DNA of 64,000 nt. Origin: Candidatus Hydrogenedentota bacterium (GTDB lineage Bacteria > Hydrogenedentota > Hydrogenedentia > Hydrogenedentales > SLHB01). The first letter of the stretch is position 1, and each line of letters starts with the position of its first letter. Positions 19,486-28,685 of the stretch are shown here, one piece after another. The stretch spans positions 122,894-186,893 of the forward strand of contig CAXXTH010000003.1 in NCBI GenBank assembly GCA_963668025.2, in the 5' to 3' direction. Below the pieces are notes generated by a model. That model was not told the DNA's origin, made no database searches, and saw only the letters and a list, made by a program, of their open reading frames with translations. The position numbers were made by a program, and so were the translations under genes.

Positions 19486-21678
19486 TTATCCCGCGCTGAG
19501 CCGGGCGGCGCGGCGGAGGTTCACCGCCGTGATGCGTTTGCCGTAGAGGCGTTCGGGCAATTCCTCGGGATCCACGGCGGCGACGATGATCGCACGGATG
19601 GCGTCATCCTGGATGTACGAGCGAATCTGCCGCACCAATGCGCCCCGGGGCGTGGGACTAAGTTTCACCTCGACGCCGACGCCGTCCTCCGTGAGCAAGT
19701 CGATCAATCCGCCATTCACGGGCGCTTCCCGGCGCACGCCGACGCCCAGGTCCGTGAGCCACGTATGCAGCAATTCCTGGCAGCGGCGTTCGTCCGGGTG
19801 GCGGTCCCAGGAGAATGATTCGAGGGCCGCGAGAACGCTCCAATACGAATCCGGCTCCTTCATCTCGAATTCCGCACGCGCCTTATCGAGGTCCACCTCA
19901 TACCGGCGCAAGAACTCGGCGGCGATCTCCTGCAACCGTTTCTCCCCGCCGCGCGTATCGAGTTCCGGCGCGAAGCGCTCCTCGGGATTCATGATATGGA
20001 ATGCCTGTTCGCTCTTCAGATCGAGCACCTCCGCCACGGCGGGATCGGACCCTTCCCGGCTCAACAGAAACAGGGCCAGGACGCTCTCCTGTTGTCCGAA
20101 CCGGTGGAGCCGCCCGATGATTTGGTGATGGATTTGCGGCGACCAGTCCAGTTCGCCAAACACCACAATCGAGCAATTCTCCTGCAAGCCGTCCATGCCT
20201 TCGCCTGAGCGCAACGAGAGGATAAGCAGATTCGTATCGCCCCGGATGAAGGCCAGCTTGTTGGCGTCCTTCTGTTGCGGCGATTCCGAGCCTGTAATGA
20301 GGACCGGCGCATATTCCGCTAAGACGGTCTTCCAGATCTCGTACGTATCACGATGCCAGCCCACGAGGATGACCGGCTGGCCGCTTTCGAGCACGATGCG
20401 CGTGCGCGCGGCCACATAGTGCGCCTTGGCCACCCCGGTGGCATGGCGTAGCGCCGTGTCGAAGCGCCCCATCGAGTTCATGCGGTCCTCGGAGGTGAAG
20501 CCAAACAGGGTGTGCTTGGCCAATTCAAGGATCTCACCCAGGGACGCATTAAAGCGCTGCACATCGTGGTCCACATACTCGATCACATGCTGCACCTCGG
20601 GCAGCTCGAGGCCCACCTCATGCTTGGTGCGGCGGATCATGAGAAGCTGTTCCCGCAACACCGAACCGAGGGCGGCGGGCTCATGGATGATGAGCTTATG
20701 GAACCGGGTCATCTCACCCCATGCCGCCACGAAATCCTTGAGCGTTCCCAGACAACGCGGCTTGAGGAGATTCAGCACATTGAATACTTCATCGCCGTAA
20801 TTGTAAATAGGCGTCGCCGTAAGGCCCACGCAGAAATCCGCATGTTTCGCCGCCACGCGCGCCGCGTTGTATTTCCCGGTGCCTTTGCGGCGCAATTCCT
20901 GGCATTCATCGAAGACCACATAACGAAAAACATCCCGCGCGAACACATCCTCCCAGCCGCGCAGGCACGAGTATTTCATCACATACACATCCGCGGGCGG
21001 CAATTCGTAGGGCAATAAGCCGTCAATGGAATGGATGATCAACACATCGGAGCCCGGCGACGGCAGGGCCGCCGTCTCGTCCACATCATGGTATGCGCCG
21101 TTGCGCTCGATGCACGCCGTGGCGGTGAACTTGGCGAACTCGCGTACGGCCTGCTTGAATAACTGGGTCATCGTAACGAAAAGGGCGGGCGTGCGCCGTT
21201 CCTTCAAAATGGAAGCGATGGCCACGGCGGTCTTGCCCAGGCCCACATCATCCGCCACGAGAATGTGCTGCTGAAGGGCGATGGCTTCGACGGCTTTTTT
21301 CTGGTATTCGCGCAACGGCATGCGCAAGGGCAATTCGAGCAGAGCGGGCTTGTGGATGTAGGTATTGAACTCCAGGACGGCTTCGGCGTGTTCGAGATCT
21401 TTCGTGATAAGGCGTTCGAGCGCCTTGCGATCCTCAGGCGCAGCGCAAAGCGGATAGCGCTTCATGAACCAGTTCAACTCGGTCCAAAAACCAGGGATGG
21501 AAGTAGGGAGGGGGATATCCTCGCGCCCGGGGTGCAGCTCCGCATGAAAAAGCCGCCGGAAGCGCATGGCCACATCGGGCCGCGCATCGGCCAAATACCA
21601 TTTCGTAGCCCGCTTCTCGATACGCCCGTAGGGCGAATCATCCAGCAGGGGCGTGGCGGTAAGCATAGTAGAACTCAT
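19486..21678 (-). CDS. SNF2-family SF2 helicase/ATPase fused to a C-terminal PD-(D/E)xK nuclease domain
   Basis: LREYQ, ADDVGLGKT (Walker A), FDECQ (Walker B), LTATP, GEGMDGLQ, QIIGRLHRFGQ; C-terminal E..IDLL..VGVEVK..QIRSY; GAGGAGA RBS before 21678. Confidence 0.85.
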   Translation of the reverse strand: MSSTMLTATPLLDDSPYGRIEKRATKWYLADARPDVAMRFRRLFHAELHPGREDIPLPTSIPGFWTELNWFMKRYPLCAAPEDRKALERLITKDLEHAEAVLEFNTYIHKPALLELPLRMPLREYQKKAVEAIALQQHILVADDVGLGKTAVAIASILKERRTPALFVTMTQLFKQAVREFAKFTATACIERNGAYHDVDETAALPSPGSDVLIIHSIDGLLPYELPPADVYVMKYSCLRGWEDVFARDVFRYVVFDECQELRRKGTGKYNAARVAAKHADFCVGLTATPIYNYGDEVFNVLNLLKPRCLGTLKDFVAAWGEMTRFHKLIIHEPAALGSVLREQLLMIRRTKHEVGLELPEVQHVIEYVDHDVQRFNASLGEILELAKHTLFGFTSEDRMNSMGRFDTALRHATGVAKAHYVAARTRIVLESGQPVILVGWHRDTYEIWKTVLAEYAPVLITGSESPQQKDANKLAFIRGDTNLLILSLRSGEGMDGLQENCSIVVFGELDWSPQIHHQIIGRLHRFGQQESVLALFLLSREGSDPAVAEVLDLKSEQAFHIMNPEERFAPELDTRGGEKRLQEIAAEFLRRYEVDLDKARAEFEMKEPDSYWSVLAALESFSWDRHPDERRCQELLHTWLTDLGVGVRREAPVNGGLIDLLTEDGVGVEVKLSPTPRGALVRQIRSYIQDDAIRAIIVAAVDPEELPERLYGKRITAVNLRRAARLSAG

Positions 21679-21831
21679 TCTCCTCATCGAACGAAAAGAT
21701 ATTCATCCGCTCCCCGATTCTTGATATGTTTTTTCCAGCGCTCTCCTCGATACTGCTACTAAAACAGTTCATATTTGGAGGCAACGATACGGCCCCCATC
21801 GCGCTCTACAGTTCCAAGTCAATTATAAATG

Positions 21832-21886
21832 CCGTGGCATGGGCGTCCCCCTCATGCGCATGGCCGGGACGGCCATGCCACGGGAG
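21832..21886. repeat. REP-like doublet, family B
   Basis: CCGTGGCATGGGCGTCCCCCTCATG-CG-CATGGCCGGGACGGCCATGCCACGG. Confidence 0.8.
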
Positions 21887-21933
21887 AAGGGAATCCATTC
21901 GCTGTGTTGCATTCAATTTTAAACCACTCCACT

Positions 21934-22746
21934 CTATAGGATTGCCCAAGAGGGTAATTCTCCCCCGCAATGCATTACTGTTAGCCGTCGGCGAAGGGAA
22001 GACTGACCAGGGGGTCCATCGTCATGGTAAGAGAATACATCAGATTTGCCATGTCTTAGTCTGGAAAGACCCGACTTTATCTTTGCATGGTCGGATAAAG
22101 TGATATATAGCTCCACATTAATGACTTCACAGAATGAAGAAACATCCAAACAGCGCACATTTTTTGTTTCTCCATTTTTAAAGTCAAGCATAATCCCCTT
22201 CCCACTTTCATCGTCTTGCGAGTCCTCGTGCTCAAACGGCCACCTACTTTTTCCAGAATAGTCATTTAGAAGGATGTCAATTCTTGGATCATTTCTAGGG
22301 CTCGGCGGACGAAAATCCGAAGGAACTACGAAGGCTCGCATTTGACAGCTTGTTACCGCCTCTGTAACAGAATCAGAAACATTCTTCATTTTGAGATCGA
22401 CAAATCCAAAATCAATATGAGTGTCCCAAATGGTATCCCATCCCATTCTCTCAGGACTTTCGTATTCGTCATTATGCTCTAAGATTCCTTTGAAATCTCC
22501 AGTATACCCCATATTTTGCCATACAGACTCTAGTCCTAGTTTATCCAGACACATTAGCAGATCAAATGATTGAAAAGCTCGAAGTTCCTTTTCTGTCGTT
22601 ATAACAAATCGCATTCCAACTCCTTCACCCTTCAGAGGCAATCCCAATAATGATACGGCTTTATCTCTTCGGCCCTTTATAAAACCAAGATATGATATCG
22701 GTTTGCCTCCGTGTGGCTCTCCATAATCAAATTGAGTAGATTCCAT
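21934..22746 (-). CDS. Hypothetical protein (270 aa, AT-rich gene)
   Basis: Long open frame in AT-rich DNA with GAGGTGG RBS before ATG 22746; no motif recognised. Confidence 0.65.
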   Translation of the reverse strand: MESTQFDYGEPHGGKPISYLGFIKGRRDKAVSLLGLPLKGEGVGMRFVITTEKELRAFQSFDLLMCLDKLGLESVWQNMGYTGDFKGILEHNDEYESPERMGWDTIWDTHIDFGFVDLKMKNVSDSVTEAVTSCQMRAFVVPSDFRPPSPRNDPRIDILLNDYSGKSRWPFEHEDSQDDESGKGIMLDFKNGETKNVRCLDVSSFCEVINVELYITLSDHAKIKSGLSRLRHGKSDVFSYHDDGPPGQSSLRRRLTVMHCGGELPSWAIL

Positions 22747-22829
22747 ACCGTTTTCCCACCTCATCAGCAGTATACGGCATTGTGCGCCGCCAGGCGAAAT
22801 GAGGATTAATCCGTAATGCGAAAGCTGCA

Positions 22830-23068
22830 TTTTTTTGACAGGATTGGCATGATCCCTAACACGGCAGGGCCGCAACCAATGATTCGGATTTCGAGACCAC
22901 TAAATACACGAAATACACGAAAATTTGTAGGGTGGGGCTTGCCCCACCGATCAGGGCCTTGTGGCCATGCCACGGGAGATGCAAATACATTATGGAGGTT
23001 ATATTCGCGTTCATTCGCGTCCATTCGCGGTAAAAAACGAAACACTTTGGTTGCAGCTATGCCATGCG
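22830..23068. repeat. Compact composite element: family A + family B half + TTCGCG triplet + closing TTTGGTTGC hairpin
   Basis: Begins GACAGGATTGGCATGAT..GGCCGCAACCAA and ends TTTGGTTGCAGCTATGCCATGC. The segment 22965-23065 closely matches 27775-27880. Confidence 0.85.
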
Positions 23069-23314
23069 GATTGATTATGTGGTGTTTTTAGTGCGAAATA
23101 TAGCGTGAGCGTTCTCATACATATTTAGGCAAAAGAAGCATATGTGCCGGAAAATGATTTTCCACTGAAAAAATCACTGGCATGCCATATCACTCTCCTA
23201 AATATAAGCTCTTTTCTTATAAACACTTACAGTCCTTATTCTCTCGATGCGCTGATTGCGGATGCATTTCGTATCGCTGGAAAAACGGACTGGATAGTTT
23301 CTCGAAAAATCTGC

Positions 23315-23343
23315 TTGACACGTGATCGATCACGGTATATGAT
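23315..23343 (+). promoter_or_regulatory. Sigma70 promoter with a palindromic operator in the spacer
   Basis: TTGACA-17 nt-TATGAT; the spacer contains the perfect 14-bp palindrome CGTGATCGATCACG (23321-34). Confidence 0.75.
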
Positions 23344-23865
23344 TTTAGTTGATAATCACAGTTGAAACATTTTTATTTGTTTTAGTAATACCGTTGATCC
23401 GAATCATAAGATTTTGCCAAATCGGAGGCAATCTACTCTCCTCGTAAGGTGAGGCCTTTCTTGGCGGGTCGGGATATTCAAAACGCAATTGAATCCGCAC
23501 GAACACGGCAGAAGGCCGTTTTCGGCTGATTGCATTTTCGAGGATGAAAAAAGGAAGAAAAGGTGTGTGGCTCTAGAAGATCATACGTCATTTAGAAAAA
23601 GGAGGTGGCGCCGGGGATGGAGTTATGTAAACCGTCCACATAAGGCGGCGATTCGGTGAAGCAGGAATCGGGAGAGCATACCCGAACTGTGAATGATGTA
23701 TAGAACCGCTTTCTTGCTGAGAACGGTCCATTGCTCAATTCTTAAAATCAAAGACTATTCTCGATGTTCAATACACCAGCTTTTAGGCGTTGTTTAAAAG
23801 ACGGGGCCTCTTGTAACCACAAAGAAAAAGGCTGTTAATTCAACGAAGATGAGGAGGATGTGGTA

Positions 23866-24645
23866 ATGAGAACAAAATCTTCACGTGTAGCAATGGCGTT
23901 GGCATTTGTCTTAGCGGCAAGTGTAGCAAGTGCGGGAACGGTTTATCTCAATTTTGATGATGGGGGCGCTGCATTGCCTGAAGGCACTACGCTGGGAACT
24001 GGGGGATGGGGCGATCCTGCTTTTGCGGATGGAGCCCTTGTATTGAGTGGAGGTGGTCCTGTTATTAAATTCCCGAATGATTGGATTTCCGGGCAGACAG
24101 TGACCATGGAGTTCACGATTCCTAATATGATGGGTTGTATTCCAGCCGAACGTGGTGGAACTGGGTGGCAAGAAGGATCATATAACGCGGGGTGGAAGTT
24201 CGTCCAGGACACATTCTGCATCATGGGCAATGGCCTGTTATGTGGCTACCTGGAAATCGTGACCTCCCATATTGGCATGGTCGATTGTGGCAACGCATAT
24301 GCAGGCGCTGATTTTGACATTGAAGGCGCTTGCGCTCAAACCACAGGATTTCGTGTAACTATCAAGTGTGTCATGGATGCCGAAGCCCAAACGATGACTG
24401 CATATTATGCGTATGGCGATGATGCGACAACGCCAACCCAGCGCGCAACCAATTGGACGCTGTTGTATTCCTTCTCAGATGTGGTTTTTGATCATCCAGA
24501 GTTCTGGGGAATTCAATCATTTGGCGTCAGCCTGCTGGTGGATGATGTAATCATCGAAAGCTCGACGGCTCCCGATTATGGCACGGCTCCACCTTTGCCG
24601 CAGGCTGATGTGCCAGAGATTAGTGTGCCCTTCTTCCAAGACTGA
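23866..24645 (+). CDS. Secreted beta-rich hypothetical protein (possibly ConA/LamG-like fold)
   Basis: GAGGAGG RBS; Sec signal ending ASA; starts VYLNFDDG and ends LVDDVII plus a Pro-rich tail; several Cys. Confidence 0.7.
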   Translation: MRTKSSRVAMALAFVLAASVASAGTVYLNFDDGGAALPEGTTLGTGGWGDPAFADGALVLSGGGPVIKFPNDWISGQTVTMEFTIPNMMGCIPAERGGTGWQEGSYNAGWKFVQDTFCIMGNGLLCGYLEIVTSHIGMVDCGNAYAGADFDIEGACAQTTGFRVTIKCVMDAEAQTMTAYYAYGDDATTPTQRATNWTLLYSFSDVVFDHPEFWGIQSFGVSLLVDDVIIESSTAPDYGTAPPLPQADVPEISVPFFQD

Positions 24646-24706
24646 AGTCCGGCCGTATCTGATTTAGGCGGGCTTACATAGTGTTATAGGTGGCATCTGG
24701 TAAGAG

Positions 24707-24749
24707 AAACCTCCTGGACGGGGCTGTTTCAAGCCCCGCGGGAGGTTTT
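24707..24749 (+). terminator. Rho-independent terminator
   Basis: AAACCTCC..CGGGGCT-loop-AGCCCCG..GGAGGTTTT. Confidence 0.6.
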
Positions 24750-24968
24750 AATCTTTTGTAGCTGTCTGTAAACATATGCTCATCTCTAAAGCTCAATCCT
24801 GGGGCCGAAGCATGGCTATACCTCAGCAAAGGCGGCCTATTGCCGTCTGCATTTCAAATGGCTCTTCTCGTAGCCATACTCGTCCGCCGCAAACTTATTT
24901 GCTGTTCTTGGTATAATTACATCGAAAATTGTTGCATTCGCTGCGGCATAACACAAAGAAAGCCCATT

Positions 24969-25697
24969 ATGATCCGAATAGAGAATCTGACCAAGCGCTT
25001 CAACGGCTATGCCGCCGTGGACGCCCTTTCGCTCGATATCGCCGAAGGCGAGTTTTTCTGTTTTCTTGGCCCCAACGGGGCGGGCAAGACGACGACCATC
25101 AAGATGTTGGTGGGACTGCTGCATCCCACGGAAGGCCGGGCATTGATTGGGGGCCATGACATCCAGCGTGACCCCGTGGCCACGAAGGCGTTGATTGGCT
25201 ATATCCCCGACACACCGTTTCTATATGACAAACTCACCGGTCGTGAGTTCATGCGTTTCGTGGCGGGACTGTACCGTATTCCCGAGCGTACGCTGCTGAC
25301 GGAGGGGGAAGAACTGCTGGAACGCTTTGAATTACGCGATGTGGCGGACATGCTCATCGAGGAATACAGCCACGGCATGCGGCAAAAGCTCTCCTTCGCC
25401 TCTTGCTTTCTCCACAAGCCCCGGGTGGTGATCGTCGATGAACCATGGGTGGGCCTTGATCCGAAGAACATCCGTTTCGTGCGCCATTTCCTTAAAGAGA
25501 AGACCCGTGAAGGCCTCACGGTGTTCATGTCCACTCACAGCTTGGGGGTCATTGAGGACGTGGCCGGCCGAATCGGCATTATCCGCCGTGGACGCCTGCT
25601 TCACACCGGCTCGCTGGCGGATATTTTGGCCCTCGCCCAGAATCCCGGCACGCTCGAAGAGGTATTCCTCGCCCTTACGGAAGAAGAGGAGGCGTGA
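24969..25697 (+). CDS. ABC transporter ATP-binding protein (ABC-2 exporter type)
   Basis: GPNGAGKTT, YSHGMRQK, IVDEPWVGLDP, MSTH. Confidence 0.93.
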   Translation: MIRIENLTKRFNGYAAVDALSLDIAEGEFFCFLGPNGAGKTTTIKMLVGLLHPTEGRALIGGHDIQRDPVATKALIGYIPDTPFLYDKLTGREFMRFVAGLYRIPERTLLTEGEELLERFELRDVADMLIEEYSHGMRQKLSFASCFLHKPRVVIVDEPWVGLDPKNIRFVRHFLKEKTREGLTVFMSTHSLGVIEDVAGRIGIIRRGRLLHTGSLADILALAQNPGTLEEVFLALTEEEEA

Positions 25698-27406
25698 TGG
25701 GGCCGCTTGGAGCCTTTTTCCGCGCTAAACTGCGCATGGCCCGCCATAGCGTGGCGTCCGTACGCAGGGAATCCAAGCTCAAAGTGGCCGTGGTCAGCAT
25801 TGCGACGGTGCTATTGTGGGTGGGGGCGTATGGGGCGTTCCATGCGGGTTTCCATTGGCTCCAGCATATCGACGTGGGTGTGAGCAATGACATCATGAAT
25901 ATTGGCGAGATCGTCATGCTGCGCCTGCTCTCCGTTTTCGCGCTGGCCCTGTTTCTCATGTTAATTTTCTCGAATATCCTCATCTCCTTTTCGACGTTAT
26001 ACCGCGCCCAAGAGACCAGCTATCTTCTTCAGACGCCGCTTTCCCACCGCGAACTGTTTCTGGGCCGTTTTGCGGAATGCGTCGTGTTTAGTTCATGGGC
26101 CTCCGCATTCCTGGGTTCGCCGCTCATCCTGGCGTACGGGCGCATTACGGGTGCGCCACTGGCATTCTATTTCGCCGCGCTCGCGGTATACATTCCTTTT
26201 GTCACCGTGCCCGCCGCATTAGGCGCTATCTTCACCATAAGCCTTGTGCGCGTATATCCGCGCCTGCCCCGAGGCGCGCTGGCCGTGGCGGCGGCCCTTC
26301 TGGCGGCTGGGCTGGCGTTCTACTTGCGGGACACGTTCAATACAGCACGCATGGCGGAAGACACCTATTTTCAAAGCAAGGCCCTCAGCGCTTTCGGGGC
26401 CATTTCCACGCAAACCCAATCGCCTTGGCTGCCAAGCCACTGGGCGGCCCAGTCCCTCATTCTCGTTTCCCGGGGCCAATACGCGGACGGGCTTTTTTAC
26501 ATACTGCTGCTGCTGTCAAACGCCCTATTGATCGTCTGGCTGGCTTCAGAACTGGCCCAGCGCATGTATTATCCCGGATGGGCCAGCCTGGCGGGGCGCG
26601 AACGCAAGCGCTTGCGCTGGTTCACGTTCGGCGTGCTGGGGCATACCGAGCGTTTAATGGCCTGGGCCCCCCAGCCCGCGCGCGCGCTGATAGTTAAAGA
26701 CATCAAACTGTTCTGGCGGGAACCCGCGCAATGGCTCCAGTTCATCATATTTTTCGGCATCATGGCGGTGTATATCGCCGGGCTGCGCAACCAGGAAGTT
26801 CCGGGCGCGCCCTATTACCGAAGCTGGATCGCCTGCATGAATATTGGCGCTTGCACGCTTATTCTCGCCACCCTCACGAGCCGTTTTGTGTTCCCTCTGG
26901 TGAGCCTCGAGGGGCGGCGCTTCTGGGTGTTGGGCCTCGCGCCGATCACGTTCCGGCAAGTCGTGCGGCAAAAATTCTGGCTGAGCGTGGCCACCACCTC
27001 GGCCTTCACCATCGGGCTGATCGTGCTTTCCTGCATCCGGCTTGGCGTCGAGCCGTTGGTGTTCTTCCTGGCCGTCTACAGCATCATCATCACCAATTTC
27101 GCCCTGTCGGGCCTGGCGGTGGGACTCGGCAGCCTGTTCCCCAACTTCCAGGAAGACAATCCCGCCCGCATTGTGTCGGGCATGGGAGGCACCCTGAATT
27201 TCCTCCTCAGCATGGGCTACATCGCATTGGTGGTTGGCGCGCAGACGGTGATTATTCAATGGCGCGTGCTCGAACGCTTCACGCACCCAGGCTCATTCAG
27301 ATGGGCGCTCACAGGCGTGTTGGTATTCATCACCGTGCTCAGCGCCGTCTGCGCCATCGCGCCGCTTCGGCTAGGCTTGATGCACCTCGATAGAGCCGAA
27401 TTCTGA
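25694..27406 (+). CDS. ABC-2 type exporter permease
   Basis: Polytopic membrane protein, KDIKLFWREP, SLEGRRFW; overlaps the ATPase stop codon. Confidence 0.85.
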   Translation: MMGPLGAFFRAKLRMARHSVASVRRESKLKVAVVSIATVLLWVGAYGAFHAGFHWLQHIDVGVSNDIMNIGEIVMLRLLSVFALALFLMLIFSNILISFSTLYRAQETSYLLQTPLSHRELFLGRFAECVVFSSWASAFLGSPLILAYGRITGAPLAFYFAALAVYIPFVTVPAALGAIFTISLVRVYPRLPRGALAVAAALLAAGLAFYLRDTFNTARMAEDTYFQSKALSAFGAISTQTQSPWLPSHWAAQSLILVSRGQYADGLFYILLLLSNALLIVWLASELAQRMYYPGWASLAGRERKRLRWFTFGVLGHTERLMAWAPQPARALIVKDIKLFWREPAQWLQFIIFFGIMAVYIAGLRNQEVPGAPYYRSWIACMNIGACTLILATLTSRFVFPLVSLEGRRFWVLGLAPITFRQVVRQKFWLSVATTSAFTIGLIVLSCIRLGVEPLVFFLAVYSIIITNFALSGLAVGLGSLFPNFQEDNPARIVSGMGGTLNFLLSMGYIALVVGAQTVIIQWRVLERFTHPGSFRWALTGVLVFITVLSAVCAIAPLRLGLMHLDRAEF

Positions 27407-27447
27407 TGTAAATATGTAGCACTTTAACCAACTGAAGTAATGGCAGC

Positions 27448-27587
27448 TTTTTTTAGACATGATTTACAAGATTGCAATGATTTTTTATAAAGCTAAACGT
27501 CGAAAAGAAAGAGCGTGTTTTTCATGTAGAGACTGCCATTGCAAAAATTGCAAAAATCTTGTCCATCCTGTAAATCCTGTTAAAAAA
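27448..27587. repeat. Inverted pair of 9-bp triplet repeats (ACAxGATT type) with no gene between
   Basis: TTTTTTAGACATGATTTACAAGATTGCAATGATTTTTT versus AAAAATCTTGTCCATCCTGTAAATCCTGTTAAAAAA. Confidence 0.7.
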
Positions 27588-27758
27588 CTCCCAGTAACGG
27601 AGGTTAGCCATGCATTAGCGTCTATTCGTACAACTAACAGTTAAAAATGTAGTTCCCTTGCGAAGATTTTGCATAGAACTCAAATCATATCAAATAGTTA
27701 CAGGATATGCTTTTTATGTGCCGTTGTAGGATGTGTTGCACGAGCTCTCTCCTTTCTC

Positions 27759-27900
27759 GCATGGGCGAGACGCCCACGCCACGGGAGTCGCAAAAACATT
27801 TTAGAGGATATATTCGCGTTCATTCGCGTTCATTCGCGGTAAAAAAACGAAACACTTTGGTTGCGGCCACGCCGCGCTAAGTCTATTCGCGGTTCAAAAA
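27759..27900. repeat. Composite repeat: family B half + ATTCGCGTTC triplet + TTTGGTTGCGGC hairpin
   Basis: Near-identical to 22965-23065; ends TTTGGTTGCGGCCACGCCGCGCT-AAGTCTATTCGCGGTT. Confidence 0.85.
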
Positions 27901-27963
27901 TCGGTCCGATGCTTTTGCTCCAGATGCCTAAAGTGTTACATAAATACAAAGAAGGAGGGAACC

Positions 27964-28371
27964 ATGATGAGCGATATCGCTATCCGCACCACCCAGCATA
28001 CCCAATTCCGCAACATTGATGCGGAGGTCCAGCAAGCTGTCACGGAATCGGGCGTACAAAACGGCATTTGCCATGTTTTCGTGCCACACACGACAGCGGG
28101 CGTCACGATCAACGAAAACGCTGATCCCGATGTTATTCACGATATGACGGCCATTCTCGAACGCATCGCACCCTGGAATGGCGGTTACGCCCATGCGGAA
28201 GGAAACTCCGCCGCCCATGTAAAAGCCAGCCTCATGGGATTCTCGCAGTCGATTCCCATCCAGAATGGACGCCTCGTTTTGGGAACATGGCAATCCATCT
28301 ATTTCTGCGAGTTTGATGGCCCACGCACCCGGCGGGTGCGGGTGGATGCCTGGCCAGTATGTGCGCCATAA
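27964..28371 (+). CDS. yjbQ: YjbQ / UPF0047 family protein
   Basis: FVPHTTAGVTINENADPDV, HAEGNSAAHVKASL, LGTWQSIYFCEFDGPR. Confidence 0.93.
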   Translation: MMSDIAIRTTQHTQFRNIDAEVQQAVTESGVQNGICHVFVPHTTAGVTINENADPDVIHDMTAILERIAPWNGGYAHAEGNSAAHVKASLMGFSQSIPIQNGRLVLGTWQSIYFCEFDGPRTRRVRVDAWPVCAP

Positions 28372-28685
28372 AAGATATAAGCCCTTTTAATTTAACGGGA
28401 TAGGCAATATGCGGTGGCCAGGGGGCATGCCCCTATTGCTCGTTGTAGAGATGCGGATCTATTCTCTATCCGAAACATACGAAAATACAGTAAAAAGTGT
28501 TATTGTAGAAAAACCTATACATAAATCATTGGCTTGCGGATGTAAAATATTTGTGGCATACTAATCCCGTGAGATATATAGGTTTAAAAAAAACTGGTTG
28601 TTGTACGTAGTGAGGCCAGATGATTCATTAAGATATAAGCAGACAAAAATGTAGGGTAGGATTTCCCGGAAATGGGGGGGGCGCG

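Noticed and set aside
18677-19546. ORFs 18677-18943, 19128-19478, 19141-19350 and 19274-19546
   Set aside because: They run through repeat modules, lack an RBS and have no protein-like composition.
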